NCBI GenBank assembly: GCA_030141605.1
Contig: JAQGDQ010000618.1
Coordinates: forward strand, 62,726-126,725
DNA: 64,000 nt
Source: Tubiluchus corallicola
Taxonomy: Eukaryota > Animalia > Priapulida
Direction of reading: 5' to 3'
Part shown: positions 49,301-62,084 of the stretch, piece after piece
Layout: each line of letters opens with the position of its first letter
Position numbering within the stretch: the first letter of the stretch is position 1
Position numbers and translations under genes: made by a program
The notes under the pieces: model-generated
Told to the model about the DNA's origin: nothing
Databases searched by the model: none
What the model saw: only the letters and a program-made list of their open reading frames with translations

Positions 49301-50096
49301 AAAGGGCAAGCAAGAAACAGACAAACAACAACAACAACAGTGACATTGAAATAACAAAGAACAGACAGACAAACAAAAAGCAAATGAAAACAAATGCAAC
49401 AGTATGAACCTCGAGTAAGTTACGAATTTTCGAATAGGTTACGTACAAAATATTTTAGTAGTACCAAACATTCCTTGCACCAAAATTCCTCACATCAAAT
49501 TTTCCTAATACTACCAAACTATTCCAGTACTAAAGTTTTCCGGCACAAAATTTATTCTGTACCATTTTTACCTTGTACCAGATTTGTTTGTATCAAAAAT
49601 ACTTGACAAAACTTCATCAACTGGTACTGTATTTACCAGTATCACATTTTCCCTTTACCCAATTACAAAAAATTCCTGGTGTTGAACTTACTGCGCACCT
49701 GTTACTGCATGCACGTTTGTCTTTTGACAAATGATATATACATGTATGCAAAAAACTATGCACAGTATGCAAGATACTGTGATTTATATTAAATAGTAAA
49801 TCTATTATACTATTTACTATTAAATACCCTTTACCTTCAGTGATAACAGGATAAAGGGAACTCAACGACTTGCACCAGTTCAGCACCCTGCCTGACTCCA
49901 ATGCGCTCCTCGTCATTCTGTCTATCACCGATTCCAGAAATCTTTGTCTAACAGCACTGGGGACTCTCGAAAGATCTGGCAATCGGCAGGTGAAGGACGC
50001 TTCTCCTCCGAGACAGAGAAAACTCGATGTGTCAGTGACCAGACTCGAAGAGATTCGAGATAAAACAGCCCGGATGATACGACATTGTGTCTCCAT
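37244..50096 (-). CDS. TNFAIP3: A20/TNFAIP3-like OTU deubiquitinase with four A20-type zinc fingers, ~795 aa; join(complement 49835-50096,43768-43961,43413-43617,41035-42204,38845-39314,37244-37330)
   Basis: ALESGRVLNWC...[12 protein letters not shown] (catalytic Asp/Cys), WGFHD, LEELHIFVLANILRRPIIV, GIYLPL...PVVLGYNGSHFVPL (catalytic His), four Cx4C-x9-11-Cx2C fingers, no UBA. All junction phases match. Start codon uncertain because the frame is open to the acceptor at 50130. Confidence 0.88.
38845..39314 (-). CDS. TNFAIP3: A20-like exon 5 (zinc finger 4)
   Basis: CRVNGCSFYGDPELNLLCSKCF; AAG|GTAAGT donor. Confidence 0.9.
39577..40057. mobile_element. hAT (Charlie-like) MITE with 8-bp TSD, nested in another repeat
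   Basis: CAGGGGAGTGCAAATT...AATTTGCACACCCCTG, GCGGCCC subterminal motifs, TTATAAAG on both sides. Confidence 0.92.
41035..42204 (-). CDS. TNFAIP3: A20-like exon 4 (His box + zinc fingers 1-3)
   Basis: Within 399-aa ORF; GSHFVPL; CHTPDC..CHEC, CQESNC..CDLC, CIGPGC..CIDC. Confidence 0.93.
43413..43617 (-). CDS. TNFAIP3: A20-like exon 3
   Basis: EWKKEWDVV...YLPLEELHIFVLANILRRPIIVMAD...FAPNYFS. Confidence 0.95.
43768..43961 (-). CDS. TNFAIP3: A20-like exon 2 (catalytic Cys box)
   Basis: [29 protein letters not shown]. Confidence 0.95.
44708..45195. mobile_element. hAT-like MITE
   Basis: TIR CAGGGTGCATAAGATTATGGATAT / ATATCCATAATCTTATGCAGCCTG; GGTATATA/GCTATATA TSD; TTTTATGGAT repeats. Confidence 0.85.
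45650..46105 (+). mobile_element. decayed RTE-clade LINE 3' fragment
   Basis: KIRIFSAFV..VFL*NSELWTL....KIDAFQKRNFRNIFCIRWPK, later *IGHMLRLPDDIPVKIAL; stops and frameshifts. Confidence 0.8.
47452..47554. promoter_or_regulatory. pair of consensus NF-kB sites in A20-like intron
   Basis: GGGAAATCCCC (47452) and GGGAAATTCCC (47544). Confidence 0.6.
47951..48405 (-). mobile_element. MITE, inverted relative of 11399-11813
   Basis: Shared internal blocks in reverse complement; ATGATA/ATGATG flanks. Confidence 0.75.
49835..50096 (-). CDS. TNFAIP3: A20-like coding exon 1
   Basis: METQCRII...LPDLS...VIDRMTRSALESGRVLNWCKSLSSLYPVITE; G|GTAAAG donor. Confidence 0.88.
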
Positions 50097-51059
50097 TGAG
50101 CCATTAATCGCTGGAAAATTATTTTCACACCTAAGTTTATGGCAATAAAAACGACATTAAAATTTCCAGTTACCAGAAACCAAAACTAGTATCAGTAACC
50201 CACTTTAAGGCATTTATCGTAGTAACACATGTATGATGAATTCACGAGTTTGAATTAGCTGATTTAAATTTCAACGGATAGCAAAATTGAAATACATGTG
50301 TACAGATCATTGTCATTATTTCCAGTGAAACACATTAAAATAAACAGCTAAACCTTTACTTAATTAGTAAATAAAACTAACTTGTCAGACTATTAAACTG
50401 AAAGTGGTGCATTAAAAGCTTACGAAACTGCATCGTACAGTTCGTACTATTACTATCAAAATTTTAGATGTCACTTCACGAATGACACAGTATCAAAAAC
50501 TAACAAGTTATAACAACTCATCTTTTTATACGTACACAGCAAAAAATAAAGTCGCTCCTCTAGTTTAGTCCTCGTATGTATGAATAGTTCCGTCAACATT
50601 AACTAAATAACATTAAATACTACGTTCTGTCTTGCTTAACTAGTTCTTTCTTGCATTATTCACATGTTCTACTATGTGCATGAATCAATCAAAACGTGAT
50701 TTTGTACAGTTCGGTTCCAAGTGCTGCGCGTCACAACGCGCATGTGCAGACGATTGATTGCCTATTCATGTTTACTAAGTACAAGTATATGCACTTTGAT
50801 TTCAATTATAAGTAACAACATAAATAACTCGATGCCTAACATTAAGTTTTAGTTTAATGTTCTCATAGATCATACACGTATCATAGCCCAATGATTAACA
50901 AACTGTCTCTATGCGAATATGAAGAGAATTAGCTCGTTCAACATTTCATTTTCACTAACTTACTGATGTGCAAATCTCGAGTCTATTTATATACATCCGT
51001 ATCTTGCTCATGCGGTGCAAAGGTACTTATGTGTATCTAATATTCATGAATAACTGATT

Positions 51060-51197
51060 GGGGAATTTCCAAATAGTTAATTTACAGATATAACAATCCT
51101 CGTATGACTTTGATTCTACAAATAGCCTGACAAGTTACATTATTTGCCCCCATGAAATTTTAATTTTCACATGGTTTAGTCCAACTGGGGAATTTTC
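51060..51197. promoter_or_regulatory. pair of NF-kB-like sites ~1 kb upstream of A20-like first coding exon
   Basis: GGGGAATTTCC (51060) and GGGGAATTTTC (51187). Confidence 0.55.
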
Positions 51198-53280
51198 AGG
51201 CCAGTCACATAGAAATTTTTTTTATCTCCTCAAACACACATTTTACAGCGTTAAAACAAAATTTAATTACGTATATGAAATAATTCGGTAGCAGGATAAG
51301 TGTGAAGAGGTCAGAAGATATACTACAGGGGGCGAAGGAGAAAGGGTAACGAGGGACCATTCGGTCAGCATCCCTTCTCAGAGAAAATTAATGAAATGTT
51401 TTAGGCACTGCAAAAATTATTAAACAAAACTGAAAGCATAACAAATGAGTGATAATATAAAAAATAAAAATATATAATTATGGCAACAGAACATGTACAA
51501 TAACACATATAAAATTTTACAAAGTAGAAGAAATAACAAAAAATAATACGAATATAAGCAAATAAAAAAAGAAAAAAATTTAAATTAAATAATTTGGCCT
51601 TGTGCCAAGAGGGAAAAATGAATATAAACAAATGAAGGAAAGAATTAAAATAAGCAAGAGCAATATGCACCTTCAAAATATGTAACCAAAAAAGAAAAAA
51701 TCGTGAAAGAAAATTAAATAAAATGAACCAAAACAACATGAATTATATAAGAGATCCATCATAGGGTATACGTAGTTCCGATGATCGTTTGACCTTCCCT
51801 TTTCTGAGCTGTAAAAATAAAAACTAAAAAAGCACAGTGCAATGTAAAAATAGAAATTTGGTCAGTTATAGCTTATACACGTCTTTTAGTTTTAAGATTT
51901 TTAACTGATGCTATATAGGTGTAACATAGGATCTTCTGTAAATATTTGATACACGTTTAATAATTCGTTTTGATTGCTAATCAAGGGATGCAGACGTAGA
52001 TGTTGGTGTTGATCCACAGGTAAATATCCGGTTCTCTAAATATTAGCATTATAATTAAGTTAATGTTTGATTCTAGAGAAAATGTCTATTATAACGATGA
52101 GGAATTTAGTGGTATGGTGGAAGTTTACGTGACGCGACATGGTAATCCAGAGTAAGCACCTTAGGCAGTTTTACACCTATGCACGCGGAAACGTAACCAG
52201 AAATTTACACTGTACAAACACCACCACCCCTTTCCCCGGATTTACACACGCCACGCCCCCTCCACCGGATCACGTGCTAATTTCAAGTTTAACGACATAA
52301 TAAGTTCCAGTTGTAAAGTTCAACATCTTATTTCTTAAGAAGGAGAACCAACACCAAAAATGTCAGCTTGCGTAGGCTAGACTTCCTATAAGTTTTAACC
52401 TCCGGGATACGTCATAATTACAATTTACCACTATGTTATCAATTTCTTAGTACAACAAAACATACCGATACAATTTCTACAGTGAATAATTGATGAAATG
52501 CCTCGATACTGATATTATAAAATTGAACTGCATTAATAAAAAGCAATTTACAAGAGGATCTTCGATAGTACTGCTAATTATTAGAACGAAAATGTATTAC
52601 AAAGGTAAAAAATCAAGAGACATTTTGAAATGTAAACAAAGCCAATAGAAAACAGTGAAGGTAAAAACATTAATGGTTACATTCGTTAAAAGTACTTTGT
52701 ACGTCTTTTTATAAAAATCTTAACTGCACTTTTTGTTTTCAATTTAGGTCTAGCAAACTTGCATTTCCTGTATCTCAGACGCGCCGATTTTCTTTTTGGT
52801 GACAGATTGGGGAAACGGACGCGGCGTGGATGATTCAACATTCAACACGCATATTTCACTCAGCAATTTTGCATCTTTTTTTCAACAATAATGCTTTTCA
52901 TCCTGCATCTGACCTTTCCACTTCCGCTATTTCCACATTCCATTATTTCGTATCAACTTGAACAATTTCAACTCACTCGCCGTCGAACAGTTTCATAATT
53001 CAAAGGCTTAATGCTGTTGCGAACATGGCGTTATCTTAGAATTCAATGTTAAATTAATGTCATTTTGACTTGTGCAATTTTGAAGGCAGAGAATATAGAA
53101 ATGTCGAAGAGCTATTAGAAAGGACGGAAGATAGGACAAATACGCCAAAGTCCGGATTAATCTAGGAAAAGAGGAAAATGAAAATATTACAATAGAAGTT
53201 GATTTAATTATAAGCCTGCTTACAACTATAACATTATAATTATAGTGATGTATGCTTACAAGAAAAGATATAAATGCGAA

Positions 53281-53442
<162 letters not shown>

Positions 53443-53499
53443 CCACACTAATCATAACCAAAATTAATTGTGACTTTTTCTTCAACTTTTTTCATGACT

Positions 53500-53800
53500 T
53501 TATTACCGATCACTGTATCTGTTGAGGACACCAGGTAATTCCACTGAAGCTACGTAAATGTTCCGAATGGCAGTTCGTTTATATAAGAATTGACGAAATA
53601 CGAACAAATCTCGCACTGAGCATCGTGAAGACTGCGTGAACCTTCTGCGACCCCAGCGCGACTGCATGTTTACGAGAATCATTAACATCGCGATGTACAC
53701 GAAGCGGTTTTCTTTTGACAAGTTACTATAAATTTTATTGCTGACGACAATAAGCAGGCTCATTTTTCGTGCGTGTGTGTGGGGGAGGGGAATTTTCTTG
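53500..53800 (-). promoter_or_regulatory. candidate core promoter / non-coding first exon of A20-like gene
   Basis: CpG-richer patch; kB-like GAAAATTCCCC (53787-53797), TATATAAA (53578-53585) and a G|GTAATA donor near 53506 on minus strand. Confidence 0.35.
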
Positions 53801-53974
53801 TCTAAATTTCAACAGGACATCAACTTGGTGTTTAAAGTTAATGGTTAAGGTTGGGACGTCAAACTGAACGAACTCACTAATCAGTGCTTCTGGTTTTCCA
53901 TTGTTGTACTATCATTAAAATATATTTATCTAATTGCCTGCCTCACCCCAAATTAGGTCAGTAACTATCTAAAG

Positions 53975-54270
53975 CATTGGTTCCATAACCTGGGGTCCCG
54001 GTACCCCCTGGGGGCACCAAACGCAGAACTGGTTTAACAAAAATTTTGCCCTGAGAGCGACTCAAAAAAAGATATAAGTCTCAAAGCTAAACAAAGAGGA
54101 TAAAATTGTTGAACCCGATTTGACATTGAACTCAAACAACAAGAGCCAAGACACTGAATGTCGTGAGTCGTGACTTAATTATATTGTCACTAATAAAATG
54201 TTGTCTTAATAAATATTTTTATGCTTTTATTTTGGGTGGCAGAACGAATGAAAAAGGTTATGAACCACAG
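53975..54270. mobile_element. hAT-type MITE
   Basis: CATTGGTTCCATAACC...GGTTATGAACCACAG; ATCTAAAG/ATCTAAGG TSD. Confidence 0.7.
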
Positions 54271-56553
54271 ATCTAAGGTGGACTGCAATCAGTAAATGAA
54301 AACATGAACAATGTCTAGGACACAGAATTCATAAAACTAATTTGCTAGCGGCAAAACGCAGCCGTTGATATTATCCTTGACTGATAGTTACTGAGTGACT
54401 GTACATGTAGAGAATTCGACATCTAAGCAGCCCGACGGAAACACTAGATTTATAGGCAGCTATTCTGCAGCTGCCATCACAAAAAATAGCACTGTCCATG
54501 ATAAAATGTGAGAAGCCGCAAAAGTTGCACCTTTGGGGAAAATGTGGGCAATTAGTCATCACTAAAATTTTCAGATTACTAATGAGAGGAACAACCATAT
54601 GGAATTTCATTTCAAATTTAAAATAACGATCCACTCAATCTGTTTTACTCCACGACACCATTCTTACAGGAAGTTGCAGTGTTCTCGAATAAGCTTTTGT
54701 GTTTGAAAAACCGAAATTACTCATTTATGCAGACGTTATCAAAATCAGGCCAAGTGTATGGTAATTTTGGAGGCGATAATGTCATTCACGTACAAAATTG
54801 TGACCTGATACTATGCAAATAGGGATTTTACATCAAATATCAGCGATTTGTCCCATTTAACGAACGCAGTAGCCTAGTTTATTATCTAACTTGGCAATAT
54901 TTCAAGCCATTAAACTTGACTAAGCTATACTTTACGATGTTGTTATGCACACAGTGACAAGTTGCAACTGACTCCACTTTTCACCAAACATCCACTTTAT
55001 ACAGCCCTATGAAGTGAAAATTTTACTAATAGATGGCGCACGTGTACAGTGTACTTAATATTTTGCACAGCAAGCGAATTTAAGGAAAGAACAAGTCACG
55101 CAGTATGTTGGGTTTATCTAACTGCGGTCATTTAACTTATAAAAATATAACAAAGAAATTTGTGAAAAACTTTCTATAAAGCATAAGTAAATGAATAAAA
55201 TTTTTCGGGCATTGTGGCTGCTGCCAATCGTTTGAAAATTATGACGTAACTGGAGCACTTCGTGACTTTTTGTAAGCGTATCGTGGCTTTCCATAAGCGC
55301 ACATTGCTTAAACTAATTCAAATTTCTGCAGCTTACTAGTATTCACACGAAAATGTTACAAAATGACAGTGGGCTAATACAAGCCTTTGCTTCTCTAGCC
55401 CACTGCAGTACAATTATTCTTTCATGATAACGATAGTGTATGAAACATTTGATACAGTAGATGTAATAATTCTGATGTCACTGTGTGCTTAATGTCATTA
55501 TATTGTACTGAATGTGATAATAATAATAAATGTAAATGTAAAAAATTAGCTATCTAATGTTTTTTTTGTAAAAACTTATGCTTCTGACGAAAGTTGACAG
55601 TGGGATATTCCTCTTCAAGACAAATGACATCATTGGAAAAAAGGGCATTGAAAATGGAAGCGCCCAAGTATGAAGTGTCTCGACTTTAAAATGATTTTAC
55701 CAGTTACACGAGGTGCTTATTGCAGCTTTATCACTAAATCCTTCTGATATGAGATACTGAAATAAACCTATAATTTCCCGGAAGGCCTGGCATTACCTTT
55801 ACAGCCCCAAACAGTAAGGCATGTATTTATAATGCACTTACACATGGTCTTAAGATAATCCTAATCCAAGCACTTTTTCTCAGTAATTATCACTATGTAA
55901 ACAAATGAACTGAGCAGCAAGAATCCTGCTGTTGATTTAAAAACAGTAACTTAGTGTTCATTTAACTTAGTCATTTAACAGGCAAAGTAAAACATGTAAA
56001 CAAAAATTATTATGCACTATGATAACTGCAGACTAAAAGTGATGACACAATATTAGCAGTTCCTGTTAACAAATTACACCACTCTGAGGAATGAGTGAGA
56101 AAACAAAGTTTCTCTAGACGTTTTTTTTGTTTTGTTTCTTGCTTTTGTTAAACAATCAAAGACTGGTAACTACAGTTCTAATATAAAGCCTGGTAACTAC
56201 AGTTCTAATATAAATTTTGTTTATTCTAATATAACATGATGCAACAAGTTTTTACCAAGTAAAAACATTCTAGAACAGTCTAGTACTTAAGAATTTGACA
56301 ATGAAGTGATTGCGAAATGAACTATGATGCCTAACAACATCCATTTAGGCGACATTTTGTTTTAACGACAATTTTTTACATTTTTCAAAACAATCTTCAC
56401 TTTAGCAATGACTTTTTAAACTAACTGAAATCATTAAAACACCACACTGCTGCGTTCTTCTGTTCAAAAGAGCTACTAGTAGTGTAAAAACTACGCAGCC
56501 TATAGTATGACTTGTGTTTCGTCTCGAGATGGACAGCTAAAGCCTGCTATAGC

Positions 56554-57600
56554 TAGGGTTACCATATTGTCTGAGTTGAAAAAGAGGACCACATGTCGAG
56601 CATTCGGCTTCTCAGTAATATCGACCTGCGCGAAAAAACTGGTACTTGGCCTTCATTTCATCTGTAAATGCACACAATGCGCATTGCTATTTTCTAATTA
56701 ACTTTTACCAGTTGCTCAAAATTGCAAAACTGCAAAACTATACAAATTTAAAGAAATTCACATAAAACACAAACAAAATGGCTCCCGGAATACTCCACAA
56801 CACCATTCTTACAGCAAGTTGCAGTGTTCTTGAATAAGCCTCTGTGACTGAAAAACCAAACCTACTCATTTATGCAGACGTTATGGCGATAACGTTAATC
56901 ATGTGACCGGATACTATGCAAATAATCAGCAATTTGTCCCATTTAACCAAGGCAGTAACCTAGTTTATTATCTAACTTGGCAATATTTCAAGCCATTAAA
57001 CTTGACTAAGCTATACTTTACGATGTTGTTATGCACACAGTGACAAGTTGCAACTGGCTCCACTTTTCACCAAACCTCCACCTTATACAGCCCTATGAAG
57101 TGAAAATTTTACTAATAGATGGCGCAGGTGTACAGTGTACTTAATATTTTGCACAGCAAGCGAATTAATGGAAAGAACAAGTCACTCAGTATGTTGGGTG
57201 ACATAAAATTTAAGGAAATTCACATAAAACACAAACAAAATGACTCCTGGAAGCTGACGTCATTTTAAGTCGTTAGTGAATACACCGAGTATCGACAGCG
57301 GTGCGAGTCGTGTGACCCATAGTGATGTGTGCATTGCTTACTTTTGTTCAGTAAACATGTACACAAAGCTTTTACAAGGGTTGCATTTTGAGATGTTAGC
57401 AACATCTTGTATTGAAAATTAATGAGCTTTTCTTTGTCTCGTACTGTCGTACACTTCTGCAGTTGGCAACGTCCGTACATACTTACGGATTGAGGCAAAA
57501 CCTGCCGATTCCAGACAAACTGCCGATTTTTTGAAAACACGCCCGGACAGAGCCCAAAAAGAGGACGTGTCCGGGGAAACCCGGACGTATGGTAAGCCTA
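56554..57600. mobile_element. hAT-type non-autonomous element carrying a copy of neighbouring DNA
   Basis: TAGGGTTACCATA...TATGGTAAGCCTA, perfect GCTATAGC TSD; 56791-57198 matches 54646-55112. Confidence 0.88.
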
Positions 57601-58848
57601 GCTATAGCTATGTGATCCATTTCCTTACTTGCCACTCCCACCAAGTCTTACACCAATGTAGCAAGGCACAAAATTTATACTAAAACAGCAGATTCACAGC
57701 ACCGTGTGCTCAGATGTGTCTTGAAAGATGAAAGAAAAGTGTGTGGAGGGGAACGGTATAGGTAAAAACGACAGGTAGTTTTAAGGCAAGTAGAAAAAAA
57801 TTGAAGAATATGCATAACACCCATAAAATGTTAAATTTATGCAAACTAAGCATTACTGATTTTTGCCCCGGAGCATATCTGAATACTTTTACGTTATTTC
57901 ATACGATAAATCCGGATAAGTTTAACAATGTTTCGCTTAACAACACCACTCGCTGGAACGCATCGTTCTCTCACATGACACTGGGATCATTAAGAACGGA
58001 CATACTGTACAAATCAATAAGCGCAATAATATTTTAACACCACTTTTGTCAGAGTCCCGTGGTGGATAATTGATCATAGTCAAGTGCAAGTGTTGACTTT
58101 ATTTATCATCTGCTCAGTGTGTCAGAAACAAGTCCTGGTGTTCGCAATACTTTCGAACAAGCACAATACAGTAGAGAAGTAGGATAGCACTGAACAATTG
58201 TGTTAACCTAGCGATTCCAACCTGGCACTTATTTTCACGTGCTATCTGTCGTAAGCCGTCAGATGAAGTCTCACTACGCAGTAATTTACAGCATCGTTTA
58301 TACCTGTTAATCGTGCACTAAGACCCGTCTAAAGCAGTCAATTTTTTAAACGGCTGCCATTTTCAACATGGCTGCCACAAGTTTTGTCATTAGTACAATC
58401 ATATGAAAAATTACTCATGCATAAATAACACAAACAAATTTTATTGTCTGCTATGGTTTCTATGTTGATCGTGCGGTACACACAAGTGTCTCACGATTCC
58501 AAACTTTGTAACAGTTACAAATCGCTAGTGAAGTGTACTTATGATTTTCTTTTGTATATTGAAACTACTGACCTGCACACTGAAGCCTAATATTTGTAAA
58601 CATTAGGCAAGAAAGTTCAAACGAATTATAGTTTCATCCGAAATCAAAATTTGCAAAAAAGTAGGGTTTTTTGATTATATGATTGCATTACAGCACATAA
58701 TCTGATATCCATGCGGTCAGGCGTTGCAGTTCTATGGATATGAACGCAGATGAGTTATTAATCAAATCAATTCAGCAAAACATAATTCTCCTGGCGTAAA
58801 TATCTTCTTCACTGCTGACTAGAAACATGTTAGCAACAAAAGAAAGCT

Positions 58849-59340
58849 TCACTTTTTGAATGCCTCAGATGCGACTTCTGTCACGTCGGCGCTGTTGTCA
58901 TTTGGCGACTTTTGAGAAGATGTTTGGGAACTACGACGTACCTGTCTTTCGAGTTCGTCTAAACTGTCTGCTTTCTTCCTGAAATCTTCTAATAGTTTAG
59001 CTCCACTTTTGTCGAGTTCAGAAAGAGTTAAGGCTTTCATGCTTTCCGCGAGTCTCCCGGCCGGAGCAGCAAACTCTTCCTCCGTTTTCGGCATGTACAG
59101 TTCGAAAACTTGAAAGTATTTGAGAATTCTGCTTGCATTTGCGGCTTCCAGGCTGTATTCGCTTGAGAGTTTAGTCGCCGTCCAAACTTCAGGTTGAGCC
59201 TGATGGCGCGACAACATCTCTAATGCTAAACGAAGGCTGATTCTGCCGGGAGGTATCATTTTGGGTTCAGCATAACCAAACTTAGGAGCTTCCACTTCGC
59301 TCCTGTCTTGTGGTAACGGGCGACCGCTAGAGTCGTCTTC
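58849..59340 (-). CDS. NDUFAF4: NDUFAF4 exon 3
   Basis: EDDSSGRPLPQDR...IPPGRISL...AFKK*. Confidence 0.93.
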   Translation of the reverse strand, partial: EDDSSGRPLPQDRSEVEAPKFGYAEPKMIPPGRISLRLALEMLSRHQAQPEVWTATKLSSEYSLEAANASRILKYFQVFELYMPKTEEEFAAPAGRLAESMKALTLSELDKSGAKLLEDFRKKADSLDELERQVRRSSQTSSQKSPNDNSADVTEVASEAFKK

Positions 59341-61901
59341 CTATAAACAAGAATAAAACTGTTTCATATAAGCACTTTTTATGCATGAGTAACAAAACTG
59401 TTTGGCAGCCATATTGCAAAATGGCTGACAAAAAAACTAAAACATCTACTTTTTATCTGACTTAGCGCCATGCAAGAGAGAATATGACACTTTTTGATAT
59501 CGTTTACTCCATGTTAATAGTTGTTATGAAATTGACAGTTTCTTATCAACCTGCCTAAGACAAGACCCTGTACCCAGGAAAGTCCTCCTCTTCATCCAAA
59601 GGGGTATAAATTTATCCTCAATGATGTAGATATCCACGACAGTTTGGCATTGAAACCGGGCAAACTGCGGAAAACAAGTATTGAACATCAATCCGCCCCG
59701 GCCAAGCACAGTTTGACTCGGCCGCTAAAAAGAAACGGTGACCACTCTATCTATTCACCCTACCGTAAAAGATTTAGTTACAAGTTGTTATGTCTGATTA
59801 CAACAAATTTCATTCTACAAACTAGTAAAGACTGTAGTCTAGGGCCCCTCAAACTTTGGTAACATTTGGTAAAAAAATCAGTTATGATTTTATTATGGTT
59901 ATGTTGAAATAAGTGCTAATTTGATTTGCAATAAATTGAAAAATACTGGCATATTTCAAAGAATATTCTTATTGACAAACAAAAGATAACTATTCTAGTT
60001 TATTTAAAAGAAGACCGGACAATTGTTTAAACTAAATATCATTTTAATTTACTGTCCAAAATATACATTTACTTGCCTATAAAAGTTAGCAATTGTTTCT
60101 TATATTTGAATAGTTAGCTTAGAAAGTTAATTAATGGCAACCGAACACAGCTATTGCTTACATCAAAAACTAACCACAGTTTGTGCAATGGCAGGCGTCT
60201 TCCCTTGCGCATCAAGCGCATTTGCATAGGTGTTACAGTACTGCGCATGATGTCACGAAAAATGGGCTTTACATCGTATGGCGTCAGAAACTAACCACAG
60301 TTTGTGCAATGACTGGCATTTTCACATGAGCGTCAAGCATGTTTAAACGCATGATGTCACGAAAATGAGCTCTAGAACAAAAGGTAACTGTCTTGTATAA
60401 CGTATCTTACACTGTCATTAGACTGAATCCCAGACGTGACGTAGACGTCTTTCAAGCGGGTGTACAGTTGTTCATTTCTAGCTGCTAATTTCTTCTTTAT
60501 TTCTGTAGCTGCAAATGAAAATACATTAACAGATGGGACACATGCTGGGTTTAAATTACAAATTCTGTAGAAACATTTCATTTTGGTATCTTGCATTGAA
60601 ATTATCATTTTGTAAAAAAACTCATTTCTGTAACATTAACAAACCAGTCAAACCTAGCACCATTGTACGAGATGCAAAAGCGAAGCAGCCTGGAAGACCA
60701 TTCATGTTTTCTGAAGTCAGAACCTACCTTTCAGGTGTAATGCGACATTTTGTGAGCGGCACATTTCAACAGCAGAATCTAGATTTTGGTTTTGATTCCA
60801 ATTTAAGAAACCTCCAATTGTCAAAGACCTGCCAGGCCTACTTTAAATCTGATTGCGAAACAAGTTGCATAAAATCAAACCGCGTGTTCAGCATTGATCG
60901 TATTTGCTTTGGTTTTGTTTCAGTTACAAGTCCATAGCAGTCTTGGGAAGGTTTCCATTGGGATTGCAATCATTTTGTTCAGCTCCATTTCAGAAAAAAT
61001 AAACAGGCAATCAAATTCTTCGGAAACGTATTCCATTTCCCGGATTTTTCTCAATCATAATTTTATGATTAGATTAGGTTTATTTGTCTCATTTAAATTT
61101 ACACATATAATAACATACAATGTTTCTTTAAAATGATAAAAACTACATTGAGACGGGGTGGCGAAAGACCATGAGGTCACCTAGCAGCCGCACCAATTTA
61201 TTTGTAATACTTATTTAGTTAATCGAGTGACTCTGTTAGCAGCTTAGTGCGAAACATGTTTAATAATTATAGAAATTATAAGTTTACAATAAAAATTGTG
61301 TTACAAAAAACTAAAGAAATATATATATATATTTGTTATTAATATCTAATTTACTTAAAGCCTTTGTTAGTGTATGCAAAATAACAGATAAACTAAAATG
61401 AAAATGCCTTGAACAATAACACAGTAGCACAAGAGTTTAACAATTGACAAACAGACATTTCAAACAGGTCAAAAAATCAATCAATCACAGTTTCACAACA
61501 TTGACAACATGTTCATGAAGTCATCCACAATCATTCTTCTGTGAGATATTGTCACTATGACAAAATAAGCAGCAAAAGTATTATTTTAGGTTTTAACATT
61601 TAAGTTACATAATGAAAAGAGAGAGTACTTGTGTTGCCTATTTTTGCCTGACCATGTCCTTAAACAACTCCTAGGCAAATATGCTCACAAAAATTTTACA
61701 ATAATGCTACGTTTTTTCGTACTATGTAAATAACTCAGCATAAACTGATTCATCAATCATACCATCTTGATCAGGAACAGCAGCGGCTATCGTGTGTCGA
61801 GGAGCCAGCGGTCGCTTTTCTCGTCCAATGGCTTTAAATGCTCTGTTTTCTACATTGAATTTCTGAAATGGTCTTGAAAGCCGCGAAAAAACCTTTCCCA
61901 T
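58849..61901 (-). CDS. NDUFAF4: Mitochondrial complex I assembly factor NDUFAF4, 242 aa; join(complement 61763-61901,60411-60508,58849-59340)
   Basis: MGKVFS...FNVENRA...APRH; LKDVYVTS; IPPGRISLRLALEML...WTA...EYSLE...ILKYFQVF match recalled NDUFAF4 motifs; phases 1 and 0 fit. Confidence 0.93.
60411..60508 (-). CDS. NDUFAF4: NDUFAF4 exon 2
   Basis: ATEIKKKLAARNEQLYTRLKDVYVTSGIQSNDS. Confidence 0.92.
61763..61901 (-). CDS. NDUFAF4: NDUFAF4 coding exon 1
   Basis: MGKVFSRLSRPFQKFNVENRAFKAIGREKRPLAPRH; G|GTATGA donor. Confidence 0.92.
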
Positions 61902-62084
61902 ATCACTTGCCTGAAGCCATACAAAATTAAGAATTATTAAAAATTCGTCACAAAAAATTTACAACTTTAAACTACTTAGATATGTTTTTCATTAAATCCC
62001 ATTTACAATAATCAGCAGTGTAAGTAAACAACTATCCATGAAGCCATGTTTTTACTGCAAATATGATGAGTTTGCATGATAAAT

